A stretch of DNA of 63,599 nucleotides, filler included, from Folioceros fuciformis (taxonomy: Eukaryota): the NCBI GenBank assembly GCA_049999805.1. It is 15 parts of 15 records of this genome, joined end to end, with 100 filler letters (N's around TTAATTAATTAA, not from the genome) between each part and the next. Parts side by side here need not be neighbours in the genome. Positions count along the whole stretch, not along the records: positions 1 to 2,361 come from JBNGIO010000515.1; positions 2,462 to 5,177 come from JBNGIO010000516.1; positions 5,278 to 10,956 come from JBNGIO010000517.1; positions 11,057 to 13,786 come from JBNGIO010000518.1; 11 more parts are not named here. One strand, written 5' to 3'. This document shows, piece by piece, positions 1 through 11,899 of the stretch. The first letter of the stretch is position 1, and each line of letters begins with the position of its first letter. The notes beneath the pieces were generated by a model. It saw only the letters and a list, made by a program, of their open reading frames with translations, searched no databases and was not told where the DNA came from. Made by a program: the position numbers and the translations under genes.

Positions 1-7
1 GCGCGCA

Positions 8-289
8 TATCACTCTGATATCACAACTTGCGTATCACTCTGATATCACAACCTGCATATCACTTTGATATCACATTCTGCTTATCACTCTGATATCACA
101 ACCTGCTTATCACTCTAATATCACAACCTGCTTATCACTCTGATATCACAACCTGCTTATCACTCTGATATCACAACCTGCTTATGACTCTGATATCACA
201 ACCTGCTTATCACTCTGATATCACAACCTGCATATCACTTTGATATCACAACCTGCATATTACTCTGATATCACAACCTGCATATCACT
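8..289. repeat. 25-bp minisatellite, ~11 copies (consensus TATCACTCTGATATCACAACCTGCT/CA)
   Basis: Head-to-tail repeats with few substitutions and no unique spacers. Confidence 0.95.
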
Positions 290-840
290 GGGCCCTTAAG
301 TGATGTGAATGAATGGGACATATGTGCCATGGCGTTGCTCCTCACATGCATCCAACACACATGGTTCACATCCACCATGACATATACATCATCTTTCTAA
401 ACGTGTCACATGGATCCACATATCATCCTTTATTTTTACATGCACACATGCATACATGGCACGCACCCAAGCATACATGTCATGTGCAAGCCATCCATGG
501 GCCATGTACATGGCATCATCAAGCACTCAACATCAGGGCTTATGCCTAGAATGCTCTAGTCAGTATCCAGTCATAGAGTCTCAGGTGCCTTGCTCTTCAT
601 ACAGCAACAACATGACAGCTATAACGCAGCAGCCGCATAGCTGAATACCTAGGCACCTAGCCTGTCCACAAAGCTAGGTATCTAAGCACAAGCTTGCTGC
701 GATGCGATATTCTTGGCCTATGGCCCAAGATCAACAACCTAGCCACAAATTGTCCTTGGCCTATGAACAAGAGCAAGGCTACAAGAAGGGCTGGGTCTGC
801 CTAAGAGAGGCAGGCCTAGGGCCGTGAACAGCCCCCCTAG
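290..840 (-). mobile_element. 3' LTR (5' part) of an LTR retrotransposon, with PPT
   Basis: Minus strand reads CTAGGGGGGC (PPT, 840-831) then TGTTCACGG... from 830. 713-830 and ~430-610 are homologous to 17918-18038 and ~18430-18670. Confidence 0.65.
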
Positions 841-915
841 GGAACTTGGGGGCGTAGCCACCAGGTTTCCCACAAAATTGTCTAGACCACCTTGCCTAGA
901 AAACACAACAACTCC

Positions 916-1890
916 TTACCAATGCCCCCACCATCGCAAACATAACTTGTCCAACCCTAATGATGGCTCTGCTTGAGGATGAGTAACGGAATCATCTTCG
1001 AGATCCTCATCATCTGGTAGGCCTTCACGTGCCTCTTGCTTGATCTCAATCTCGCTAGGCAACTTGAATCTAGAGAGACGGTCAACTTGTTCTTCCATAA
1101 AGCGCTTGTGCGCATCTAGCTGATTGAAAATAGGGTGTATGCCATCCTGCTCGGCATCTAGGTCCCTATTGTAAGCTTCCTGAGTTGGGTAATTGAAAAA
1201 CGGTAACTTACAGTGAGTGTAAATATGTGGGCTTGCGAGCTTCCTGAGGCAGTCGAATGCGTCCTTCTCCTCTCGAGTCCAAGCATGCGAGTCAACATAA
1301 GGCATCCTCAGCTTGTTGGTCAAAATGGAAATTTGCCGAGGCCATCCTACCACATGATGCCCTATCTGCAAATGGTGGAATACTCTAAACCATTCTTTGA
1401 GAAAGACCAAGCGACAAGGGTACATGTTAGACTCTCTTCAATCAATGAACTCTGCTGGCAGCGGCGCTGGAGTTCAAACAAATCTTGGTGTTCACTAGGA
1501 TAATACTCCACCCTGCAGCTTTCATTATGCTCCTTGGCATACAGCAAGAAGGTGTGAAGTTCATCGTAACTTGTATGTGGAATACCTCATTCTGGGTCAT
1601 ACTTGCACGAATAAAAGAGACTCCACTTGCCCGCGCTCTCATCATGCACAAACTAGGGTCCCATCTTGCCCTGAGAAACATGCTTGAATTGGAGACACTC
1701 ATAGCACACCCTGGAGGGCACAACCTCCAGCACCTCCACGCCGCTTGCTCGAGGCCTCCTCCATGGTTGCTATGCAAGATGAAATCTGCTATTCGTGGTT
1801 GCGATCCTGGAATTCACAACACCTGCCGAATGCCTACAAATGTGATATACCTAAGTAGGCTCAGGGGTATGCTCCAGTTGTCGTGGTAGG
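916..1890 (-). pseudogene. Frameshifted accessory (env-like/extra) ORF lying just upstream of the PPT
   Basis: 169-aa ORF 1425-916 ends ~75 bp before the PPT. Segment FHHLQIGHHVVGW loosely resembles LHEVVNGSRIDW at 43323-43829. Position is typical of Athila/Tat-type extra ORFs (inference). Confidence 0.4.
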
Positions 1891-2361
1891 TAGGTGCTGT
1901 GCTCCGCTGCTCTACTATGAGGAGGCGACCGGAGTGTCCTCCTGTTGCTGTCAGCACTAGTTGATCGCTCCCTGGGTTGAGGCCTAAGCCCCTGCTAGGC
2001 TTCCATGGTCTCTGAAGGAGGATGCTTGCATGGACATCCCTTCTTGCACTTAGGTGATGGTGGTGCTTCCCCTTTTAATGCTTTACCTTCAGCAATTGTG
2101 GGTAGGGTAGGGCTTTTACACCTTCTTCTTCACACGTGTGAGGCCGGTCCCATACATCCTCTCTCTAGACACAATTTAGTAAGGTAAATTCAAGTTTAAT
2201 ATGGTTCACAATTGAAGGGCAAGTTGAACATACCTTATAATGCAAATATTCATATCCTTTTGCCAAAAGGATATGAATGTACAGATATTCATCCCAGGCC
2301 AACGCTTACCCCACCCCATCATCCTTGCGGCGCCGACATACATGTGTCCACCCTACATGCT

Positions 2362-2461
2362 NNNNNNNNNNNNNNNNNNNNNNNNNNNNNNNNNNNNNNN
2401 NNNNNTTAATTAATTAANNNNNNNNNNNNNNNNNNNNNNNNNNNNNNNNNNNNNNNNNNNN
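2362..2461. other. Artificial contig linker N44-TTAATTAATTAA-N44 (14 copies in window)
   Basis: Identical 100-bp spacer with stops in all six frames. Also at 5178, 10957, 13787, 17818, 21457, 24022, 29625, 40238, 45463, 48124, 53995, 58152 and 62329. Confidence 0.99.
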
Positions 2462-3562
2462 ATCCTCGAGGTGGTCACGTGGGGTGGTGCGGGTGTCGGA
2501 GTCGAATCCGCGAGTTCGGAGTGGAAGAGACTCCTCTTCCCTTAGCCTCAATACCTCACCATTCCTCAACGTTAATAGGAGCCTAGGAGGGGCATCGCTG
2601 AGAAAGAAGACTGAAGAACCGGAGAAAGGAGAGCGCGAGAGTGAGCGTGTGTGAGAAGGAGGAGGAGCGAGTGGCCGAGTAGTGGGTAAGAGCGAATGCA
2701 AAAAGGAAGCCAAAAGGAGTGGAAGCAGGAAGTGAAGCGGAGTGGAAGTGATTCGACGATTGTTAAGACGGGTAGAATGTATACAGAGAACTGGTGAGTG
2801 GGGTAAGACAGAACAAAGTCGGGGAAACCCTGGACGCGAGGAGAGTAATGTGTGTGGGGTGCAATGAGACGTGGTGTGTATGTGTGACTGGTCGCGATGA
2901 GACTGGAGAGGTTGTGAAGAAGCTGAATTGAGACCGTAGGGGGTGTATCTAAGGTGTGAGATCAAGCGGGTGGAAGGCGTCCAACAGATTGCTGCTGTTC
3001 ATGTGTGCGTGCGCTTGTTCCTAAGGTGAGTGAGGCAGTTTTGTGGTGAACCAAGGAAGGGAAGCGCAAAAGGGGATGTGCGGGCAGGAGGTAATCAGTC
3101 GGGTAGGAACGACCCGGAGGGAGAGAGGGAACTGAGAGAGAGAGAGAGAGAGAGGGAGTGGGGCCCAAGAGCGGTAGACCGTCAGGCGTCCGTCGCCCGA
3201 AAGGCGACGAAGGTAGCCCGAAAAGCGACGGAGGTAGTCCAAGGGGCGACGGTAGTAGTCCATTGGGGAACGGAGGGTAGCCCGGTGGGCAACCAAGAGT
3301 AGTCCAGGGGGAGGTAGTCCCTGGGGCGACTAGGTGGTTGAGGGGTCGTCTGGTGGAAGAAGTAAGGGGGCTTGGTAAGGTCTGAGCACTGGACGTGTGT
3401 GTGTGGGTCAGTCGAGCAGTCGAGCTTTAGGTGTTAATTGACGTTAGAAGCTAACCTCTGTAGTTTAACACAAATCATTCCCTTGGGATCGAATCCCAGA
3501 GCTACAACGACATAGAGGGCTTGTGTGGACCTCGCGGTACCCCCGGTTACCATATTTTAACA
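2462..3562 (+). mobile_element. LTR-like fragment with (GA)n tract and GGCGACGG(A)GGTAG(T/C)CC subrepeats
   Basis: Subrepeats at 3185-3330 resemble those in LTRs at 46140-46210 (minus) and 63480-63550. Ends ...TTTTAACA. Confidence 0.45.
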
Positions 3563-3598
3563 CCACACATGACCATGGCATCGCTCACCACCTAGGCT

Positions 3599-3609
3599 CT
3601 CTGATACCA
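3599..3609 (-). promoter_or_regulatory. tRNA-iMet primer-binding site (PBS) of a minus-strand element, with a short AT-rich LTR to its right
   Basis: CTCTGATACCA = reverse complement of TGGTATCAGAG. Confidence 0.6.
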
Positions 3610-3779
3610 TTTGAAAAATTGTGCAAAAACGGCTGTTGCCAAAACTGAATGAACAAAATAATCAATTACAAAATGTTTACAAAACATGTGTTTAAATATT
3701 CATGACCTGGAGTCATGTTGTTTCACTTTAACTAAACATATTTAATCTAAATTAAATACATACAACCCTAAGTGTGACA

Positions 3780-4971
3780 GGGCTTGTTATCTTAACAAGT
3801 CAAGGCCTTGCAGAGTTGCATTTAGAGATCTTGGGGTGTATAATTAAGAAGGTACTGCTGGACCCTAGTTTTGGGGTCAACATCATGACGGAGGATACAA
3901 CCCGGAAGCTGGGGCTGGAAAAACACCTATGGAAACCAAGGGTTACACTTCTGCAGAAGACACGGCTGGAGGGGAGGATGAGGAAGAGAGGTTCCCATTC
4001 GCCCACATTTCTTGGTCGAATGAGGAAAGGAACTACCAGAGGAACATCCCCCACCCGGTGAGTTGCTATGGCGTGACAATTGACTGCACTGTTGCAAAAG
4101 GACTACCGAGGTAGCTGAAGGAGGAACGCCAGTCGTGAAAAGTGGTGGGGTGGATGCTGAGGATGCTGAGGTAGTAGTTGAATAGGGGGGCAGACCACCA
4201 GACCAAGACTCTGAAGAGCTTGAAGAAGGCAGCAAACATGTGAACGCTGATTTTATCTCACGGCTGAAGACGGAGGAGGTGACTTGTGATAAGGAGGAGG
4301 ATTTTTCCGATGAAGCTCTATTCGCAGCAGAGCTAGAGGAGGAAGTGGCTGCACCGACTGTGAAGATAACGAGCAATGGCAGTGCAGCAGGAAATGAGAA
4401 GGGGAGACCAGCCAGGCCTACTTACAGTGAAACATATGAGTTTGTGGAGTTGGGGGGCAGTCCCTCAGATCTTTGGAAGCAACAGCAACATGCCCTCGTG
4501 CACTATGCACAACCATTTATTCATCACGGGGACAACATGTATCAGGTGGAGCCGAGCGGAGGTGACGGGATGTGGGTGACGGAGGCACAAATCCTATAGG
4601 TGCTGATTGGATTACACGAAGGAGAGGAGCCCGACCACATGATTGTTGAGGGGAGTCAGCTGGACAAACTGGTCAGCCTGGTGAGACACATAAGAGATAG
4701 AGGACAAGCACTGGCTGTCATGCAGGAGGTACACGCAAAAAGGAAAGCATGGCATGACAATCGGTTGTGGAAACAAGAGTGGGTGGAACCAGGGGACTTG
4801 CCACTGCTATATGACAACAGATACATGCATTTTCCAGGCAAGCTTAGAGAATGCATTCATTCGGTTGCAGCAATTGGATGGGCAGCCACTGCCAACCAGG
4901 GTCAAAGGTTGGCGAGTGAGGAAGTATTATGCTGAGGTTGGCGAGGACGCCAACAAGTGAGAAGGGGAGTA
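3780..4971 (+). mobile_element. Internally deleted non-chromoviral Ty3/gypsy remnant (protease remnant, integrase C-terminus, PPT)
   Basis: KVLLDPSFGVNIMT is protease-like. RKAWHD..VEPGDLPLLYDNRYMHFPGKL and RVKGWRVRKYY are integrase-tail motifs. PPT GAGAAGGGGAGTA at 4959-4971. Confidence 0.75.
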
Positions 4972-5177
4972 TGTAGAGGGAAAAAATATTCGCGAACCCC
5001 TTTTAGAGTGACAGATTTGGTGGATTTTGGTTTTTTGTGTGAGGTGAAGGAGAAAGTGGCTTGGGTTGAGAATAAAACCGGGGTATTTATACCCAAAGTC
5101 TCCTTGGGCCATGGTACTTTGGGCGAATCAGTGGCCAGACCAAGTGTCTGGGGGTGGCTGGTTGTCCTTGGCCTTTG
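4972..5177 (+). mobile_element. Gypsy 3' LTR start (TGTAGAGGGAAAA family)
   Basis: TG start directly after PPT. The same start recurs at 21429, 40225 and 46523 (minus), with relatives at 9028 (minus) and 63231. Confidence 0.8.
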
Positions 5178-5989
5178 NNNNNNNNNNNNNNNNNNNNNNN
5201 NNNNNNNNNNNNNNNNNNNNNTTAATTAATTAANNNNNNNNNNNNNNNNNNNNNNNNNNNNNNNNNNNNNNNNNNNNCGCCCAGACACTCAATTTCCACT
5301 AGCGGCTCTACTTCTCGCTCTCAGCCAAGTGCTCTCACCAGCGTGCTGACGTCCCATTTTTCTTGCCTCTTGCACATGCTAATTTCGTGATTCCAGCTCT
5401 TCTGCCAGGAGCACCCAACGTCCGTTGATCCTTGCTAATTTTGGTAGAGCCTGGCATTGTCCCGGAATCCTGCATCGCAACCATGGCTAGACCCTAGACT
5501 CTGGCGATTTTATGCTCCTTGGTAGACGCCCTTCTTCTCACTCGATCGACTTTTGATTTCACTATTGGCTGCCACTAGTCCAACATGCAGAGCCTGTGCT
5601 CACCAACACATCCCAACACTCACAATTTCCATAGCGATTCGTAATACAAGGCACTTCCCTCCTAGTTTGGTTTTGCAATCTTGGCTTTACCAGCAACCCC
5701 CATCATGTAGCATTGATGACTGGCCCTAGTTCTTGCTTGATGTTATCCAACTCGTGCATGGCCTCTGTACGGCCTCCTCCCTAGAGCCCATGCTTGCATC
5801 TTCATTCCCTTTGGCACTATGACTCCTTCAAATCCTACCCAACACTCACACTCAATGTGGATCGTGCATAGTTCATAGTACCCTGAGCCCTAGTTGATGA
5901 CTGTTGCCTATCTCCACCAAAGATAGACGTTGGTGAGAGACAATGACTCCCTCGTTGATCCTCTATCCAAGGTAGTTGTCGGTTAGATT

Positions 5990-6345
5990 AATAATTTATT
6001 AAAATTAATTATTTCATAATGATCTAAATTAACTAGGTTGATTATACATTAATCACTATTTCTGGGCCTAAAACCGAACCTACACTTAGACCTAATACTA
6101 AGACAAACCTATGGTCCGGTACCAATAGGCTTGGTACCAAACCTACTCCATCACAGTGACGACATGAAACATCCCAAGTTAGTTAGTCCAACACCAACTA
6201 TCACTTGGTCAGTTAGCCTAAGTGATTGTAAAAATAGGAAAAATCAAAAGGAAATAAAAATAAAGGAAAAAAACCTTACCAAGCTGCATGTACTAGCCCT
6301 GTTCTAACCAAACTGAACTAATGCCCCAGCATTTAGTGTTTCACA
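5990..6345 (-). mobile_element. LTR 5' end, diverged relative of the TGTGAACCTCC family
   Basis: Minus strand TGTGAAACACTAAATGCTGGGGCATTAGTTCAGTTTGGTTAG aligns with TGTGAACCTCCAAAGTTTGGGGTAGTAGTTTGTTTTGGTTG. Shared ggtaccggaccatagg motif. Confidence 0.55.
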
Positions 6346-8829
6346 TATTGTGTTTGTAAGCTTGAATGTGTGTGTTCCCCAGCAGTTTAGAGGCCATCAA
6401 GGATATGGCTTATGGACACGGAGCCATTAGCTGCTAGTGTGGCTGGTTGTCACATATCCGAAAGGCTATTCCCTCCTTCTCCTTTACTTTTGTGAATGGT
6501 AAAAGCAAGTATTCACCAATTGGTAGATAGCACCAATAGGGTGATAGAGATAGCTACAATGAGCATTGCTATGGTTAAAGAAGCAACTTTTGGTTGGCCA
6601 ACTCTTGTATTCTTGTATTCAATAAACAGAAGGGTGACCATAACCCAAGCTTGTTAAGTGTTGTCAAGAATGTTTGAGCAATGAAGCCCCTATCCTGAAA
6701 GGGAGACAAAATTAGTAGATGCCATCGTTGTAGGCAATAGCATTTACCATTTGTTAGTGATGCAAACATAATGAGCTTTAAGGTATTCATAATTTGGGCT
6801 CAGCCACTACATCTTTACCACGTTGAAAGGTGGTCTGATAAAAAATGAAAGTGGGCACTGTGCTTGGAATTAACAATGATGTTAAATCATATGAACCAAC
6901 ACTAATTAAGACGACGAGAACTAATTCAATGTTCGATTGCCTCCTTACCTAGTAGGTATGTTGCCACTAAGAGAGAAAGAGTATAAGGAGAGAGGAAGGG
7001 TTGTGCATAGAAATGACATGATAGTTAGTCATGTCATAGCGTGGTAAGCTAATACTTAAGCCTAGTCTTCACCAAAAACCAAAAATATGTATGAGCTAAA
7101 GTCACCAATTCATAGAGTTAAAAGTAAGTGAGATTTCAACGTGTAAGAAATCTTACCAATATTCACACTGTGGAAGGTATATCAGCATAATTGGATATAC
7201 AAATCAAGCCTGTGTGGCATACTCGTATTTTTCAAGTGCAAAATGGAGAATACTAGAATTGCTCAAGAGCCTGATATTGGAGATCCTTCCTTCTCTAGAG
7301 TGAAGCCTATAAATGATGAATATCGAATGAAAAGAATTTTGCATAATCCAAATTATTGGTTCTCTGTAAGAATGATTTTGATTCTCTTAATAGCTTGCAA
7401 AAAATTACATTGATTTCTAAGATATTATCTTGATAATTAAAAACAAGTTTTAAGTATCTAAAATGTTAAAACGATGTTGGTGTTACAATATGGCAAGTTG
7501 GATATGGAGAAGTTAAGTGAACAGTGTGTCAATAATCAAAAGAGAAAGGATCAATTTGCCTCCCAAAACTATAGTTATGATCATCGCCGTGCTAAATCTA
7601 TACAAGAATTAAATCGTAGACATTGTGAGGTAAGGCTTCCCAGATACATTGAATGTTTAATTAATTACATAAATCTTTGATAGAAAGTAACTCTATGCAT
7701 CTATTTCAGTTGGCTCTTGTGACAAGGAATAAAAAAATTGCAATTAGACAAGAGAATTCTACAAAGGCGGAGCATTTGAAGAAGAGGTAAGGGCTTGTAT
7801 TAAATCCAATGTTTTAAAAGGAATGTAGAAGATTGTATTGGAAGTAAAGCACTGCACAATTCAACAAAAATAATTTCTCTTGGCAATATCAAATTTTGTT
7901 TCATAGAGAACAAGAAATTCACTTCAAAGAACACACTTATCAATTGGGAAGAGAATATTTCAACCAATTTCAAACCACAAGTCGCTAAGATGTAATACAT
8001 TGTGTTTTATAGATTAACCCAATAAGCATGAATAAAATAGAAAATAGTAACACTCGAAAACAAACAAGTGCTTCTACTCTATTCTATTTAAAATTATTGA
8101 TTATAAAATCTATCCTAAATTCATTTATAAAGTTTCTAGGTTCCACTTTCATAAAAAGGTATAAGCATTTCTTTTACAGGATTTTTACTATAAAAAGTTT
8201 ATCTATTGATTATATGTGTAGCTATTATTTTTTGTAGCTATTATTGTTTTTTGTGCATAATAAGCTTTTCCTATGACATTAGTAGAGACTGAAGATCTCA
8301 AGTTTAGAGAAGGAGATATGATGTGCATACAACATTGTCTAAAGGGAAAATCCATTGTATAAGAGCAATGTGGCATAAAGGCATATATAATTAGGGAGAA
8401 CAATATGAGAAGTACAATTTTAGCCTAGGATCTTATACCAGCTTGAAGTTGAAAATGCAAAAGATCTCTAATGAACAACATAGCTACATATATTTATTTA
8501 ATGAATATATATAGTTGAAATAATTAAATTCATCTATCTAAAATTATTGCTTAACGCTTAATTAATTGCATCATTGTACTATGTACCAAAACCATAGTTT
8601 TCTTTAGAGTTGTTCTACTTGGTCTTACTATATAATGCAAATTGTGGGACCCCTTCTTTATATTGGTCTTGGTCTAGTTTGTTTCATTTTTGGACATTTT
8701 TATTTATTGAAGAATGTAAGCAATAGGAATAGAAACTTGGAAGTTTTCTTAAGATGGTAAAATTGTTAGTAAGATAGAGTCTTTGCCAAGTATGTATGAA
8801 GGTTCCCAAAAAAACTTTAGAGTGACAGT

Positions 8830-9300
8830 TACATGCTAGAGAAGTGAAGAAAGCCTAGTAAGGATTGCCCAGGACTTGTTACCCTTAGACCACAAGCACC
8901 ACCTGTGCCCTAACCGTCCTACTTAGCTCAATTCCCTATCTACTCTGCAAAAGGATTCAACCACAATTCCAAAAAAAAACAAATACTATCATTTTTCTAG
9001 GAGATCTATCTACTATGTGGACTCCACATACTCCCTTCTCGTTTGTTGACGTCCCCGCCAACTACTGATAATATTTCTTCACATGCCAGCCATTGACTCT
9101 AGTTGGCAAGTCAGGCCCATTGAGGTGCTGCAGTTGAATGGATCCATTCTCATACACTTCCAGCACCCTGTAAGGCCCCATCCACTTCAGGTGCAGCCTC
9201 CCTAGAAAATGCATGTACCTATTGTGGTGTACCCAAGCCAAATCTCCAGGGACAACATGCTCCTGTTTACGCCACTTTGGTCATGCCATTTCTTCCTCTT
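8830..9300 (-). mobile_element. Gypsy integrase C-terminus, PPT and LTR start
   Basis: Minus frame VVPGDLAWVHHNRYMHFLGRLHLKWMGPYRVLEVYENGSIQL..VNGWHVKKYY. PPT GAGAAGGGAGTA, then TGTGGAG at 9028. Confidence 0.8.
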
Positions 9301-9502
9301 CCCTTGGTAGGACGACTTACGGAACCCCTCTCTCCCCTTCTCATTCAATGCTGCACCTTCACCTCCCGGTAGTCTAGCATTTGGCTTGGCCCTTCTCCCC
9401 TTCTCATTCGGTGCTGCACCTCCACCTCTTGGTAGTCTAGCATTACCATCAGGCCCACCAGATCTTAGGTCACAGCCTCCTTCAACCAGCCCCCCTTCCT
9501 TC

Positions 9503-10956
9503 TGTTGAAATCCTAGCAGTAGGATTGCATCTAATCTAGCATGATTAGGATTGCATCTAGTCTAGCATGATCAAGACACAATGCTCAGAAAGATATTTCG
9601 TGTTAATCTCTAAAAAGTGTATACAAAGTGTGTCTTAAATAGTGTCACTGGGTGTCTCTTCGGAAGAGGCACACCCGTTCGTAATCATTAAATATTATGG
9701 TCTACGGTAACTAGCTAGTCGGCACGATTATGGGCAGATTATCCATTCCGTAACACTCCCTCTTAAGCTGAACGTAACTTGACTAGTGGTGGAGGCTATC
9801 TCCCATGGAGCGAGACGCTCCTCTTTGATGCGCTCCCTCTAAAGGCTAATGAGAGCTTGTACATGCTGTCTTGAGGCACGGCACTCAAGAGTCACAAGTC
9901 AGGTTTTATGGTCCTGAAAAGGTAGCATGACCCCCTTGAAGCAAGCATTTTAAGATCGCCTTGCTTCAACAGCTAAGTCATGGAGACCAGGTTCTTGCCC
10001 ATCTGTGGGACTAGGAGCACAGACTCCAAGGTAAGCACCGAACCATCCTTGAGGGGAAATTTGCAAGTGCCTTGTCCCATGATTGGCAGGTTGGATCTAC
10101 TTTGTTCGTCACCGAGTAACACCCTTTCCTTGAGAGCACGAGATCCAGCTTGGTGAATAGAGTACGATCGTTGCATATGTGGGCGGTGGCTCCAATGTCG
10201 AGATACCACCCCGCATGCTGATGCAACTGGGTGTTGAGGCAAACTGTAAGTATCTTTACGGTCTTTGTTTCCACTGTGTTGGTGTTCCCCTTAACTGCAA
10301 TACTGGCTGCCTGTCACAAGTCAGCCTTCTGCGGCTCTCCAGCCTCTTTCTTGTGGCACTCTCGTGCCCAATGGCCGGCAGCTCCACACAAATTGCATTT
10401 TCCAGCTCAGCGAGGAGGGGCAACGGTTGAATCACCTTTAGGGGTGAAATTTGCCTCGCCCTTTGAATTCCTCTTGGGCTTGAAGCGGGTGGAAAGCGCC
10501 ATGTCTGCCTTAGGCTTGGACCCTCCTACAGAGCTAAGGCGGCTCTGCTCCTGCTAATACAGAGCGCCGATAATGTCCTCCACTATTAGGGTGGGGCGGT
10601 ACCCGGTTTACCCTGAGTTGATACCAACATCAGGCTAGTAACAAAATTCTGGTAAGACGGTGGTAAGCTCATTAGCAGCTGTGCAGTGGCATCGGTCTCT
10701 GACATGGTTGAGCCAAGGGAGGCAAGCTGCCCTCGCAACTGTTTGAACTTCAAGGTGTGAGCAGAGATCGTATCTGTCTCCTTCATCCTTAAGGAGTTGA
10801 ATTCTTGCCTTATACTACACAAGGTTAGAACGTTGTTAACATTGTAGGTGTTAGACAACTGGTCCGAGATGGCAGATGCATCTGAGAGAAATTCAACACT
10901 AGGCACAAGACTTGAATCTAGGCCGCTGATCAGGAGTGCCACAGCTATCCCATTCA
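9503..10956 (-). mobile_element. Ty1/copia element with only gag and protease before the PPT and 3' LTR (9503-9755)
   Basis: UBN2-type gag (FNSLRMKETDTISAH), zinc knuckle CNLCGAAGHWAREC, protease WYLDIGATAHIC. PPT AAGAGGGAG 9764-9756. LTR TGTTACGG...TTTCAACA. Confidence 0.85.
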
Positions 10957-11899
10957 NNNNNNNNNNNNNNNNNNNNNNNNNNNNNNNNNNNNNNNNNNNN
11001 TTAATTAATTAANNNNNNNNNNNNNNNNNNNNNNNNNNNNNNNNNNNNNNNNNNNNAAGCCCGCACCAGAATCGCTGACGTCAGTCATGGCCGCCACGCT
11101 AAACCCTGGAGATGGAGATGGAAGCCGCTAGTCATCGAAGTCGCACCAAGGGAGAGTGCCTACCGCTATCTTAGAAACTCAATTGCTTTTGTTGTTCCAG
11201 CCGTATTTGGGCTCAAGAGTTGTAAGGATTGATGTTCTTCGTATCTCGCTGCAGCACCTGGTGTGATTTACCTGACTCCAAGCTGCCTATCATAGGCAGC
11301 CAAGTCAATAGCCAATCAAGTTCTCAAGCCAATCAAGCCTGTCATAGTCAATCAAGTTCTTCCAACAAAAACGTCTAGAAATTTGCGTGTGAGTAGATTC
11401 CATGTCACTTCGACAACTAGCTGCAAGCTCTGAGTGCAACTCGGCTTAGAGGAGGTGGTGACGCACCTACAACAAGGCGCCATCCTCCCCGTCTTGCGAG
11501 CCACCAACTGCAACGGTGACTTAACAAGTTTAGGATTACCAACCTTCCAGGGCTCATAGCGCCCGCATTACACATTTTTTGCCATGAATTCTTATACCAT
11601 TCGACTCGCCTTGTCAAGGCAAGCAATTTGGTATGCTTTTTGTGCGATTTGGAGCTCTATCCAGGGACTGACTGCATTTGAAAGTTTCGGACAATAGGGT
11701 TTTGCTCTTGCTGCATTTGTTTTTGATTTTCGATCTGGCATCGCGAGTGAGCGAGGCCGCGTGCTACAATCTTCACATGTGAGCTAGAGTTTTTCTGTGC
11801 TGTGTTCCTAAATCCTATGGCAGACATGGGGAATTGTGGGTGTTGCAGCATGATCAGATCTAGAGTAGTTGTGCTTTCTGTTTTGTGTTGGGGAGGCAT

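Noticed and set aside
8-289. CRISPR-like array
   Set aside because: Repeats are contiguous with no unique spacers, no cas genes are present, and the context is eukaryotic.
313-644. His-rich peptides (also 18386-18638)
   Set aside because: Result of CAT/CAC/ATG-rich LTR sequence; no stable frame.
2362-2461. Recurrent TTAATTAATTAA palindrome and ORFs ending in X runs
   Set aside because: Assembly linker; ORFs crossing it are artefacts.
6346-8830. AT-rich region with short ORFs
   Set aside because: No recognisable motif; probably old TE decay, left unannotated.
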